This document shows, piece after piece, positions 28,050 to 35,904 of a stretch of DNA of 64,000 bases. This stretch comes from an uncultured Desulfarculus sp. (lineage in GTDB: Bacteria > Desulfobacterota > Desulfarculia > Desulfarculales > Desulfarculaceae), in NCBI GenBank assembly GCA_963665125.2, contig CAXXUK010000001.1, positions 2,720,001 to 2,784,000 on the forward strand, given 5' to 3'. Every line of letters starts with the position of its first letter. Positions within the stretch are counted from its first letter, which is position 1. The position numbers and the translations under genes are program-made. The notes beneath the pieces were generated by a model that was given only the letters and a program-made list of their open reading frames with translations, had not been told where the DNA came from and did no database searches.

Positions 28050-28499
28050 ATGCAGTTGCAAGGAAGAATCACCGTTGGCCGCTTGATCGCCATACTCCAC
28101 AGGATGGCCAACATGTATCTAAGCAAGGAACTCAAAGACCTCAGCATCGGTGCGGGCCAGTACATCTTCCTGGCCGAGCTCTTCGATCAGGAGGGCCAGA
28201 GCCAGGACGAGTTGACCAAAAAGATTTTCGTGGACAAGGCCAACTCGGCCAGGGCCCTTGGAAAGCTTGAAGACGCGGGGTATGTGCGCAGGGTCGGCGA
28301 CGACAAGGACAAACGGATCAAGCGGGCCTTTCTCGAGCCCGCAGCCCGGGAGGTGGAAGAAGATTTTTGGCGGATCGTAACCGGCTGGAGCGACATCCTC
28401 ACCCGTGGCGTGCCAAAGCAGAGGCAAGAACAACTGATCGACGATCTTCGGACCATGCTGGAAAACGCCGGCGAATATCTGTCGAAAAACCAGCCATAG
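28050..28499 (+). CDS. MarR-family transcriptional regulator
   Basis: SQDEL, VDKANSARALGKLEDAGYVRR, DKRIK winged HTH; start inferred from a GAGG RBS. Confidence 0.9.
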   Translation: MQLQGRITVGRLIAILHRMANMYLSKELKDLSIGAGQYIFLAELFDQEGQSQDELTKKIFVDKANSARALGKLEDAGYVRRVGDDKDKRIKRAFLEPAAREVEEDFWRIVTGWSDILTRGVPKQRQEQLIDDLRTMLENAGEYLSKNQP

Positions 28500-28518
28500 C
28501 CTAAAAGGAGCAACGATC

Positions 28519-29268
28519 ATGGACGAACATCGCGCAATATTGGCAATCAACGGCAGCCACAGGGCTGAAAAAGGCATTACGGAAATCGCATTAAGGAAAT
28601 TTCTTGAGGGAGTCGGCTCCATTGGCGCTGATTACGAAGTGATTTATCCGTCCAAGATGAAAATAATGCCCTGCGACAGCTGCGGTAAGTGCCTTTTCGA
28701 AACGCCGGGGGAGTGTAAATACCATGATGACATGCAATCGGTTATTGCCAAGATGGATGCGGCCGACCTGCTGATCTTGGCTAGCCCGGTCTATTTCGAC
28801 TCCATGCCCAGCATGATGAAAAAATTGTTTGAACGGCTGCGCTCGACCCTGTCGGCGGATTTTGAATTCAGAAACGGCAGGACATATCACGCCAAGATCC
28901 ACCCCAAGCAGCACAACAAGGCCGTCACCATATTTACGGCCGGCAACCCCGAAGACGAATCCTTTGTTTCCATCAGCAGGACATTCAACCGGATCGTTGA
29001 CAACATGGGCGGCCGGTTGGCCGCGGAATTCAGGTTTCCGGCGTCCCATCTGTTTGTTACCCATCCCGAACTCCTGACCGGCCAATTAGATGCCCTGGGC
29101 GCGGCGGGCAAGGAGTTGGCCGCAACAGGCCGGATCAGTGAAAACGTATTTAAAAACGCCAACAGAGCCTACTTCGACGATCCGGAGGCTGTTGTGCGGG
29201 GGACAACAAGGATGATCCTGGAGATGAGGCAAAAGCATCTCAAGGAAAAGGCCGGGCACTCCGCCTAA
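28519..29268 (+). CDS. Flavodoxin family / iron-sulfur flavoprotein (NADPH-dependent FMN reductase-like)
   Basis: INGSHR..GIT, CxxCxxC-x7-C, DDM, ASPVYF. Confidence 0.85.
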   Translation: MDEHRAILAINGSHRAEKGITEIALRKFLEGVGSIGADYEVIYPSKMKIMPCDSCGKCLFETPGECKYHDDMQSVIAKMDAADLLILASPVYFDSMPSMMKKLFERLRSTLSADFEFRNGRTYHAKIHPKQHNKAVTIFTAGNPEDESFVSISRTFNRIVDNMGGRLAAEFRFPASHLFVTHPELLTGQLDALGAAGKELAATGRISENVFKNANRAYFDDPEAVVRGTTRMILEMRQKHLKEKAGHSA

Positions 29269-29344
29269 CTGCTGTTGACAAGCGCTGCAATACAAGCGGG
29301 TTGCCCCCCGGACCGGCCTGTAATTCCGTGGTCAGACATCCAAC

Positions 29345-29386
29345 GGGCGTCTTTGGTAGCTACAAGCTAGCCATGGGCGCCCTTTT
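29345..29386 (+). terminator. Terminator-like hairpin in the leader of the DUF5058 operon
   Basis: GGGCGTCT..GGTAGC/GCTAGCC..GGGCGCCC followed by TTTT. Confidence 0.5.
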
Positions 29387-29463
29387 CCTGCTACAGTTGA
29401 CCGACCGTTCACTCGTCCGTTTTCAGCGGTCTTTCCAACAACCTCGGCAAGGAGGCGTTTACG

Positions 29464-30189
29464 ATGCAGCAATACCTGGACATTGCCAACAGTCCGGGCA
29501 TGTGGATCGCCTGTTCGGTGATCATCGTGGTCGTGCTGTTCCAGTCCATACGTATCACCACCATTGCCTTTCGTTCGGGCAAGGCCATCGGCATGACCAA
29601 GGCCCAGATGCTCCAGGCCTTCCGCACGGGCATCACCACGGCAATCGTGCCGTCCATAGCCATCCTGCTGGGGCTCATCGCCCTGATTCCGGCCCTGGGC
29701 GTGCCGTTCCCCTGGATGCGCCTGGCCGTCCTGGGCTCGGTGCAATATGAACTCCTGGCCGCGGGCGTTGCGGCCAGGGAAATGGGCTTCGGCGAACTGA
29801 GCAGCGCCACGCTGACCGGCGAGGCCTTTGCCTGCGCCGTGTGGGTCATGAGCCTGGGCATCATTTTCGGCCTTTTGTTCGTGGCCTTTTTCACGCCCAA
29901 AATCGACAAGCTCAAGCACAAGATCGCCGGCGGCGACGACAAGTGGATGGCCGTCCTCACCGGCGCGGCCTTTTTCGGCGCGGTGGCCTATCTGGTGGCC
30001 GTGCCCGTGGTCCAGGGAGGCTCTGCCCTGGTGGCCCTGTTGGGCGGCTTCTTCTCCATGATCATCCTTGGTGCCGTGGTGCAGCTGTTGAAGCAGGCCT
30101 GGCTCAAGGAATGGGTCCTGGCCCTGTCGATCATCGGCGGCATGACCGCCACCGGCCTAGCCTACCATTATCTCGGGATCGGAGGTTAG
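29464..30189 (+). CDS. DUF5058-like membrane protein (probable transporter subunit)
   Basis: Multi-TM; PSIAIL, LGVPFPWMRLAVLGSVQYEL motif; AAGGAGG RBS. Confidence 0.75.
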   Translation: MQQYLDIANSPGMWIACSVIIVVVLFQSIRITTIAFRSGKAIGMTKAQMLQAFRTGITTAIVPSIAILLGLIALIPALGVPFPWMRLAVLGSVQYELLAAGVAAREMGFGELSSATLTGEAFACAVWVMSLGIIFGLLFVAFFTPKIDKLKHKIAGGDDKWMAVLTGAAFFGAVAYLVAVPVVQGGSALVALLGGFFSMIILGAVVQLLKQAWLKEWVLALSIIGGMTATGLAYHYLGIGG

Positions 30190-30191
30190 AC

Positions 30192-30887
30192 ATGGACAAC
30201 AAGCAGGCTGTCTTTGAAAAAACCTTTCTGACACCCGTGGGCAAGACCGGCAAATGGACCGTTTTGGCCGCCGTGTTTTGCTTGTTCATTCCGGGGGCCT
30301 ATCTACATTTCTGGCACGACCTGTTCCCGCCCCTGGCCATTCTGGCCAAGGCCATGATCGCCATTTGGTCTTTTTCGGCCATTATCATGATCATCGAGCC
30401 CATCGTCTATTACCCGATCCTGGGCTTCGGCGGCACCTATATGGGCTTTTTGGTGGGCAACATCCTAAACCTGCGGGTGCCCGTTTCGGCCACGGCCCAG
30501 CAGGTGGTGGGCACCAAGGAAGGCTCCCCCGAGGCCGAGATCGTCTCGACCCTGGCCATCGCCGGGTCCATCATCGCCAACGAGGCCGTGCTGATCATCG
30601 GCATCCTGGCCTTTTTACCGACCATCGGCCAGATCCAGCAAACCGGCGGGGCCATGTCCGTGGCCCTGGCCCAGGTTCTGCCGGCCCTGTTCGGCGCTTT
30701 GGGCGGCGTGTTTCTGTTCAAGGTGCCCAAGCTGGCCGCCACGCCTCTGGCCATTGGCTTTATCCTGGCCATCATCAGCGACAGCTTACCCCTGGCGGCG
30801 GTGATCCCTCCCATGGTTATAATAAGTATATTGGCGGCCCGGTTTCTTTATAAAAAGGGCTGGGTTAGCGGCAACAGCATGATGTAG
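30192..30887 (+). CDS. Membrane protein, probable partner subunit of the DUF5058 transporter
   Basis: EPIVYYPILG.GGTYMGFLVGNILNLRVP, GSPEAEIVSTLAI, LPALFGALG; GGAGG RBS. Confidence 0.72.
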   Translation: MDNKQAVFEKTFLTPVGKTGKWTVLAAVFCLFIPGAYLHFWHDLFPPLAILAKAMIAIWSFSAIIMIIEPIVYYPILGFGGTYMGFLVGNILNLRVPVSATAQQVVGTKEGSPEAEIVSTLAIAGSIIANEAVLIIGILAFLPTIGQIQQTGGAMSVALAQVLPALFGALGGVFLFKVPKLAATPLAIGFILAIISDSLPLAAVIPPMVIISILAARFLYKKGWVSGNSMM

Positions 30888-30922
30888 CGCCCGGCCCGTC
30901 GGCGGCCGGGGGAGTGTAATTT

Positions 30923-32182
30923 ATGAAGATGAAAAAAACCATGGCCAAGATCGAGGGGCTCCAAGACTACTTGGTGGATATGCTCTCAAAGATCATCGCG
31001 GTGGACACCTCGGTGCCGCCGGGCCTCAACTATGACAAACTCATCGATATAGTGGAGCCCGAATTTCAGGCCCTGGGCTTTGAGACCAAAAGGGTGGTCA
31101 TGCCCCCGGAGTTGGTGGAGCAGATCCCCGAAACGCTTGAAGGTCGGCGGGTCAACCTGGTGGCCAGCCTGAAAAACGGCAAGCCAAAGGTTTCGCTTTA
31201 CGCCCACATGGATGTCGTGCCGGCCGAAAGCGACTGGACCATGGACCCGTTCACGCCTGTGGTCAAGGACGGCAAGCTCTACGGCCGGGGCGCTGTGGAC
31301 ATGAAATACGCCATCGCCTGCATGCTGGCCGCGGCCAAGGCCATCAAGGAACTGGGTCTGGAGCCTAACTACGAGATGGATTGCCTGCTGTGCACCGACG
31401 AGGAAGTGGGCGTCTACCCCGGCGCCCGCTACCTGGCCGAAAAGGGGTATTTCAGCCCCCACATGATGTGGCTGGAGCTTGGCGCCCTGGAGCCGATTTT
31501 CCTGCTGGGCACGGCCGGGGCCGCCCGCATCGACATCACCGGCATTGGCAAGAGCTGCCACTCGGGCTCCAACTACCTGGGCATCAACGCCTTCGAGGAA
31601 ATGATGCCAATTGTGGCCGAGCTTCTTGCCCTGCGCGACGAGGTCCAGGCCCGGCGCTCCGACATTCCCGCCTTCCCCCTGCCGGATATCCCGGCCGAGG
31701 TGATGACCCCGATGTTTTCGATGACCGTGATGCGCTCGGGCAACAAGGACAACATGGTGCCCGGCGAGGCCAAGCTGACCATCAACCGCCGCTACCTGCC
31801 CGAGGAAAACTACGAAGACGTGGTCGAGGAAATCCGCCAGGCCGTGGAGCGTGGCAAGGCCAAGAGCAAACTGCTGGACGTCAAGTTCCGGGCGGCCAAC
31901 GCATTTTATCCCGTGGCCATAGACAAAAGCAGCCCGGCAGCCCAAAAGCAACGCCAGGCCCTCAAGGACGTGCTGGGCTATGACGGGCTCATCGAGGGCG
32001 GCTTGAGCGCCTCGACGGACCTGGGTTTTGTCCTGGAGGCTTTGGCACCCCAAAAGGCCGAAATAGCCACCTTCGGCAATGTGCGACTGGCCACAATGAC
32101 GGCACATGCGGCGGATGAACACTGCAATGTGCAAGACCTGGTGGAACTGACCAAGCTCATGGTCCACTACCTCTGCTTTTAG
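30923..32182 (+). CDS. M20 family metallopeptidase/deacylase (ArgE/DapE-like)
   Basis: HMDVVP, GRGAVDMK, DEEVG, AHAADE. Confidence 0.9.
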   Translation: MKMKKTMAKIEGLQDYLVDMLSKIIAVDTSVPPGLNYDKLIDIVEPEFQALGFETKRVVMPPELVEQIPETLEGRRVNLVASLKNGKPKVSLYAHMDVVPAESDWTMDPFTPVVKDGKLYGRGAVDMKYAIACMLAAAKAIKELGLEPNYEMDCLLCTDEEVGVYPGARYLAEKGYFSPHMMWLELGALEPIFLLGTAGAARIDITGIGKSCHSGSNYLGINAFEEMMPIVAELLALRDEVQARRSDIPAFPLPDIPAEVMTPMFSMTVMRSGNKDNMVPGEAKLTINRRYLPEENYEDVVEEIRQAVERGKAKSKLLDVKFRAANAFYPVAIDKSSPAAQKQRQALKDVLGYDGLIEGGLSASTDLGFVLEALAPQKAEIATFGNVRLATMTAHAADEHCNVQDLVELTKLMVHYLCF

Positions 32183-32194
32183 TGAGCTCGCAAC

Positions 32195-32231
32195 ACCGCG
32201 GCGTCCACCAAAGGGCGCCGCGGTTTCTCTT
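32195..32231 (+). terminator. Intrinsic terminator
   Basis: ACCGCGGCGTCC/GGGCGCCGCGGT stem plus TTTCTCTT. Confidence 0.7.
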
Positions 32232-32425
32232 GCCTTTGTTATCCTAAAATGTAGTAAAATATGTAATCAGTGATACGCTTGCAGCCCGATGGATCGAAGC
32301 TGCTAAAAAGCGGGCATGAGGGTAAAAACGCTTTTTCCAGTCCACGCCGACAGTTAAAAGCAACATTTCAGCAATCGCTGGTGGCCGGGGCAGCAAGCCT
32401 TGTCGTCAATCGCGCCGGCGAGAAA

Positions 32426-32725
32426 ATGGTGACGGTCATGAGCAGGGTTTCCGTCAGGACGCTGTTTGGGGAGCTGGCCAGGCTCGGCGGCTCAATGCTG
32501 ATTGTCACGGGCGGTCTGGCCGCCTATCTTTGCTACGGCTATGCCGTGGGCCATGGCCCGGACCTTGACGGCGCCATGCTCTACGGCTGGCTCAAGGGTC
32601 TTGCCGCGGCCGCCGTATTCGCGGGAGGCGACTGGCCTGTCGTATGGCTACCAGCCGTACTTCTTTATCTCACCACCACGATCTGGCGGTATTCACGCCT
32701 AAAGCGTGCAAAAAAGTACGCATAA
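32426..32725 (+). CDS. Hypothetical small membrane protein
   Basis: Hydrophobic segments and basic tail; start uncertain. Confidence 0.45.
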   Translation: MVTVMSRVSVRTLFGELARLGGSMLIVTGGLAAYLCYGYAVGHGPDLDGAMLYGWLKGLAAAAVFAGGDWPVVWLPAVLLYLTTTIWRYSRLKRAKKYA

Positions 32726-32844
32726 TCGCATAATATTTGCACTTTCCGGTATTTTTCACTTAGTTACGCACCTGAGGTTGCTGTATCATGCAGTAACTAT
32801 GGGTGTTTTTCATTTTTTGTGAGACAAGCCGGGAGAACCACCTC

Positions 32845-33312
32845 GTGAACGCCGACCATCTTGATGCCTTTAAAAACGCGGCAAACAGAGTCGTTCAAAC
32901 CATGGCCTTCACTGATGTGACGGCCGGACAACCGTTCGTAAAATCTCAGGACATATCCACCGGCGACGTTTCGGCCATCGTCGGAATTACCGGCCCCATG
33001 TCGGGTTCCATGTCCCTGTCTTTCCCGGAAAAAAGCATACTTTTTGTAGTAAGCAACATGTTCGGTGAGGAAATGGCCTCTCTGGACGATGAAGTGGCCG
33101 ACGCGGTTGGCGAATTGACCAATATAATCAGCGGCGACGCCAGGCGGGAAATGGCGGAAAACGGATTGACCCTAGACGGCGCGGTGCCCACGGTGATTCT
33201 GGGCGCGGGCCACAAGGTCAGGCACATGTCCAACGCCCCCGTCCACGTAATTCCCTTTGAGACCGAGGGCGGTTCTTTCTTTGTGGAGGTTTGCCTGGCC
33301 GAAAGCGTCTGA
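32845..33312 (+). CDS. cheX: Chemotaxis phosphatase CheX
   Basis: GDVSAIVGITG, DAVGELTNIISG (ExxN), PTVILG. Confidence 0.9.
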   Translation: MNADHLDAFKNAANRVVQTMAFTDVTAGQPFVKSQDISTGDVSAIVGITGPMSGSMSLSFPEKSILFVVSNMFGEEMASLDDEVADAVGELTNIISGDARREMAENGLTLDGAVPTVILGAGHKVRHMSNAPVHVIPFETEGGSFFVEVCLAESV

Positions 33313-33331
33313 CCAAGGCTCAGGAGACCTG

Positions 33332-33373
33332 TTCTTTATTCTTTATTCTTTATTCTTTATCCTTTATCCTTTC
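33332..33373. repeat. Heptamer tandem repeat T(T/C)CTTTA, six copies
   Basis: ttcttta x4, tccttta, tcctttc; spans the stop codon of the CHASE gene. Confidence 0.85.
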
Positions 33374-34561
33374 GTACACTTCCGGATACAGTTTTTTCAT
33401 GCATTCCGGACAAATGCTGTGCGAAAAATCCGCGTCCGAGTGTTGCTTGATATAATCCTCGATCTGGCTCCAGTAGCCCTGGTCATCCCTGACTTTTTTA
33501 CATGACGCGCAAATGGGCAACAGCCCGCTGAGGGTCTTGACCTTGCTCAGGGCCGCCTGAAGCTCGTGATTGGTTTTTTCCAATTCATTGGTGCGCAGGG
33601 CCACGCGTTTTTCCAGATTGTCCCTGGCGTCCACCAATGCCGCGGTGGCCTCTTGGACCATCATGCGCAGGCGGATGGGATTGCGCACTAAAAACCAGGT
33701 CAACAGGGCCGTGGTCAATATCACCAGAATATTGAGGCCCCGGATGTGCCAAAGGCCCGGAGCCCCGACGCCCCAACCGGCTTTTGGCGTGGCGGCGATG
33801 ATCCATTCTCCTCCGGGCACGCTGACTTTTTGTTCTACCGGGTCCATGGTGAAGACATCGGAGTTGCCGTAAAACACCCCGGCCCCCTCGCCCTGGGCGT
33901 TGCCACCCTTTATGGCGATGTTCAAATGGTTGTACTTGGTTTCCAACCCGGCGGCGCTATAAACGTATTTTTGATAGATGACCACCGCGCTTACGCCCAG
34001 ATACGAACCCCTTACGGCATATGCCGAGTCGGCGGCCAAATATATCGGCCGCAACGCAATGAAAATGCCGGGAGAGTTCTCGCCCCGGTTTTCCAACGGC
34101 CCTGCCAAAACAGGTTTTTTGGTGGCCATTATCTTTCGCATGGCCTGGGCTGTCTCGGGGCTTTTGAGTAGATCAAGGCCAATGACCCGCATGTTTTGAG
34201 CCAAGGGATAAATGTTTTTAACGGTGGTCCCCTTGACCAGGGCCAGATGATAGATCCCGGCGACCCCGTCCATTATCGACCGGGCCAGCAGTTCATAGCG
34301 TTCCTGGGTGATTTCCGGATTGAAGGAGATGTACAGGGCGATGCTTTCGTCAATGCCGGTCAGCTTGTTCAGGGTCGATTCCAGGTCGGCCCGCAGGGCG
34401 TTGAGTTCCAGCAGCACTTGGCCGCGGGCCCTGGTTTGGTAGCGGTCATTTTCGGCCGATTCCAATTGGGATGTCAGGGCCCACATCAACGCGGCGGCCG
34501 CCAATGCGGCAAGCCACGGCAATACCATCAGATTTTTGGGTCCGGCTTGTCTATCGGCCAT
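33350..34561 (-). CDS. Membrane CHASE-domain sensor with C-terminal Cys-rich (LPICxxCKK..SHSICxxC) domain
   Basis: TM, IYPL..N...IGLDL, LAGP, VPGGEW, TM, coiled coil, LPICASCKKVRDDQGYW...ICPEC. Confidence 0.8.
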   Translation of the reverse strand: MADRQAGPKNLMVLPWLAALAAAALMWALTSQLESAENDRYQTRARGQVLLELNALRADLESTLNKLTGIDESIALYISFNPEITQERYELLARSIMDGVAGIYHLALVKGTTVKNIYPLAQNMRVIGLDLLKSPETAQAMRKIMATKKPVLAGPLENRGENSPGIFIALRPIYLAADSAYAVRGSYLGVSAVVIYQKYVYSAAGLETKYNHLNIAIKGGNAQGEGAGVFYGNSDVFTMDPVEQKVSVPGGEWIIAATPKAGWGVGAPGLWHIRGLNILVILTTALLTWFLVRNPIRLRMMVQEATAALVDARDNLEKRVALRTNELEKTNHELQAALSKVKTLSGLLPICASCKKVRDDQGYWSQIEDYIKQHSDADFSHSICPECMKKLYPEVYERIKDKE

Positions 34562-34654
34562 CGCGGCTCCGCGAAATTTCGCTTTTAATCACCTTACGTT
34601 AATTAATTTTATAGCAAGTCAACCCACCGGGCCAACACCGGCAGTGAACTGTAT

Positions 34655-34815
34655 TAACAGGCTGTTAAAAAAACAGCCTGTTAGGCGGGCCATGGACGGT
34701 CCGCCAATTTGCGCAGTTTTGCAAATAACAAGCAAATTGAGTTGCTTGACAAAACCGCGCTTTTGTCAAGTAGCGGGTGAAAAAGTCCAGGACGGACTTT
34801 TTCAACACCCTGCTA
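34655..34815. mobile_element. MITE-like element (~160 bp) with 18-bp imperfect terminal inverted repeats
   Basis: Left TAACAGGCTGTTAAAAAA versus right (reverse complement) TAGCAGGGTGTTGAAAAA; four internal hairpins; no ORF. Confidence 0.7.
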
Positions 34816-35745
34816 AAAAATCGATCCCTTCGGCGGGTATGCGTTCAAAAAGGCCGTTGAGCCCATCCCGCCCTTGGCCAGGGCCCTGAAGGCCTTCACC
34901 GGCGCCTGAACCACCATCAGCATCTTGGCTGGTATGGCATAAGGATCGTTCTTTGGCGGAATTTGGTTGGAAATTATCACCGCCATTTGGCTGGCGCCCT
35001 TGGGCGGCTCCATGGAGTCGCCCAGGGCCACGGCCATGGGCAACCCGGCGGCGATGAGCATCCGGCCGCCCGGGGGCGCGAACTCCAAAGTCACCCAAGG
35101 GCTCGCCTTCCATTTAAGGCGCAGGTTGAAACTGCCGTCGACCAATTCGAAGGCGGGCAGGTCGAATACGCAGCCCAAAAGTTGCACCGGCCGGTTGTAT
35201 GTCTTGTAGAACTCCAAAAGGCGCAGGCGTAACAGGCTGTTTTTGGGCAGGTTATCCAGGCCCTCACCCAGAAGTTTTGACTCCGACACGAGTTGGACCA
35301 CCTCGCCCAGGGGCTCGATGCGGGCCCGGCGGGTCAGGGCGGACAAGTGCTCCGCCCGCACCTGGCGGCTGCGCCTGCGGTCGGCCAGCAGCCCCTCGGT
35401 GGGCAGATACCCCGGAGCGCTGACTACAAAGCGCAGTTTGGTTATCGTGTCCAGGATCTCGTCCTCGCTGTGGGTCGACGCCCGGCTGTCGTGGACCTCG
35501 GGCACCCATTTCAAACGCAGTTCGCCTTCCATGTCCGTGTAGTAGGGGCCGGCCTTCAGCGGTCCGCCATTGAGCGGAGTGATGGTTATCAGGGCGTTTT
35601 CCACGGGCATGTCTTCGGCGTTCAATACCTGGATCACCACCGGCTGGATCAGGCCAGGTTCTTCCATTAGATCATCCGCCGGGGCCGACACCCCGGTCAA
35701 CAGCAGGGCCGTTGCCACCATTAGCAAGATTAGTGATCTGGGCAT
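34813..35745 (-). CDS. Hypothetical exported protein
   Basis: Signal peptide, GGAGG RBS, ~310-aa ORF; no family recognised. Confidence 0.7.
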   Translation of the reverse strand: MPRSLILLMVATALLLTGVSAPADDLMEEPGLIQPVVIQVLNAEDMPVENALITITPLNGGPLKAGPYYTDMEGELRLKWVPEVHDSRASTHSEDEILDTITKLRFVVSAPGYLPTEGLLADRRRSRQVRAEHLSALTRRARIEPLGEVVQLVSESKLLGEGLDNLPKNSLLRLRLLEFYKTYNRPVQLLGCVFDLPAFELVDGSFNLRLKWKASPWVTLEFAPPGGRMLIAAGLPMAVALGDSMEPPKGASQMAVIISNQIPPKNDPYAIPAKMLMVVQAPVKAFRALAKGGMGSTAFLNAYPPKGSIF

Positions 35746-35815
35746 TGTCTCCTCCACAAGCGTTAGCCGTCATACCATTGTAAATATCCGGTTGCAACAG
35801 TCAAGCACCGGCGCA

Positions 35816-35844
35816 TTGACTTGACCGCTACCACATGCTAGTTT
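35816..35844 (+). promoter_or_regulatory. Putative sigma70 promoter of the ppiD-like gene
   Basis: TTGACT-17nt-TAGTTT with TG extended -10. Confidence 0.5.
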
Positions 35845-35904
35845 TCCTCTGCCGAGGTGGGCCAAGCGCCCGCAACCCGAAAATTTTCTGGAGTGCGAAA
35901 CAAT

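Noticed and set aside
29275..29350. SAH or guanidine-III riboswitch
   Set aside because: GCGCTGCAA matches part of the SAH motif, but GAGGAG and CCAGGCTC are missing; the guanidine-III ACGAGG linker is absent
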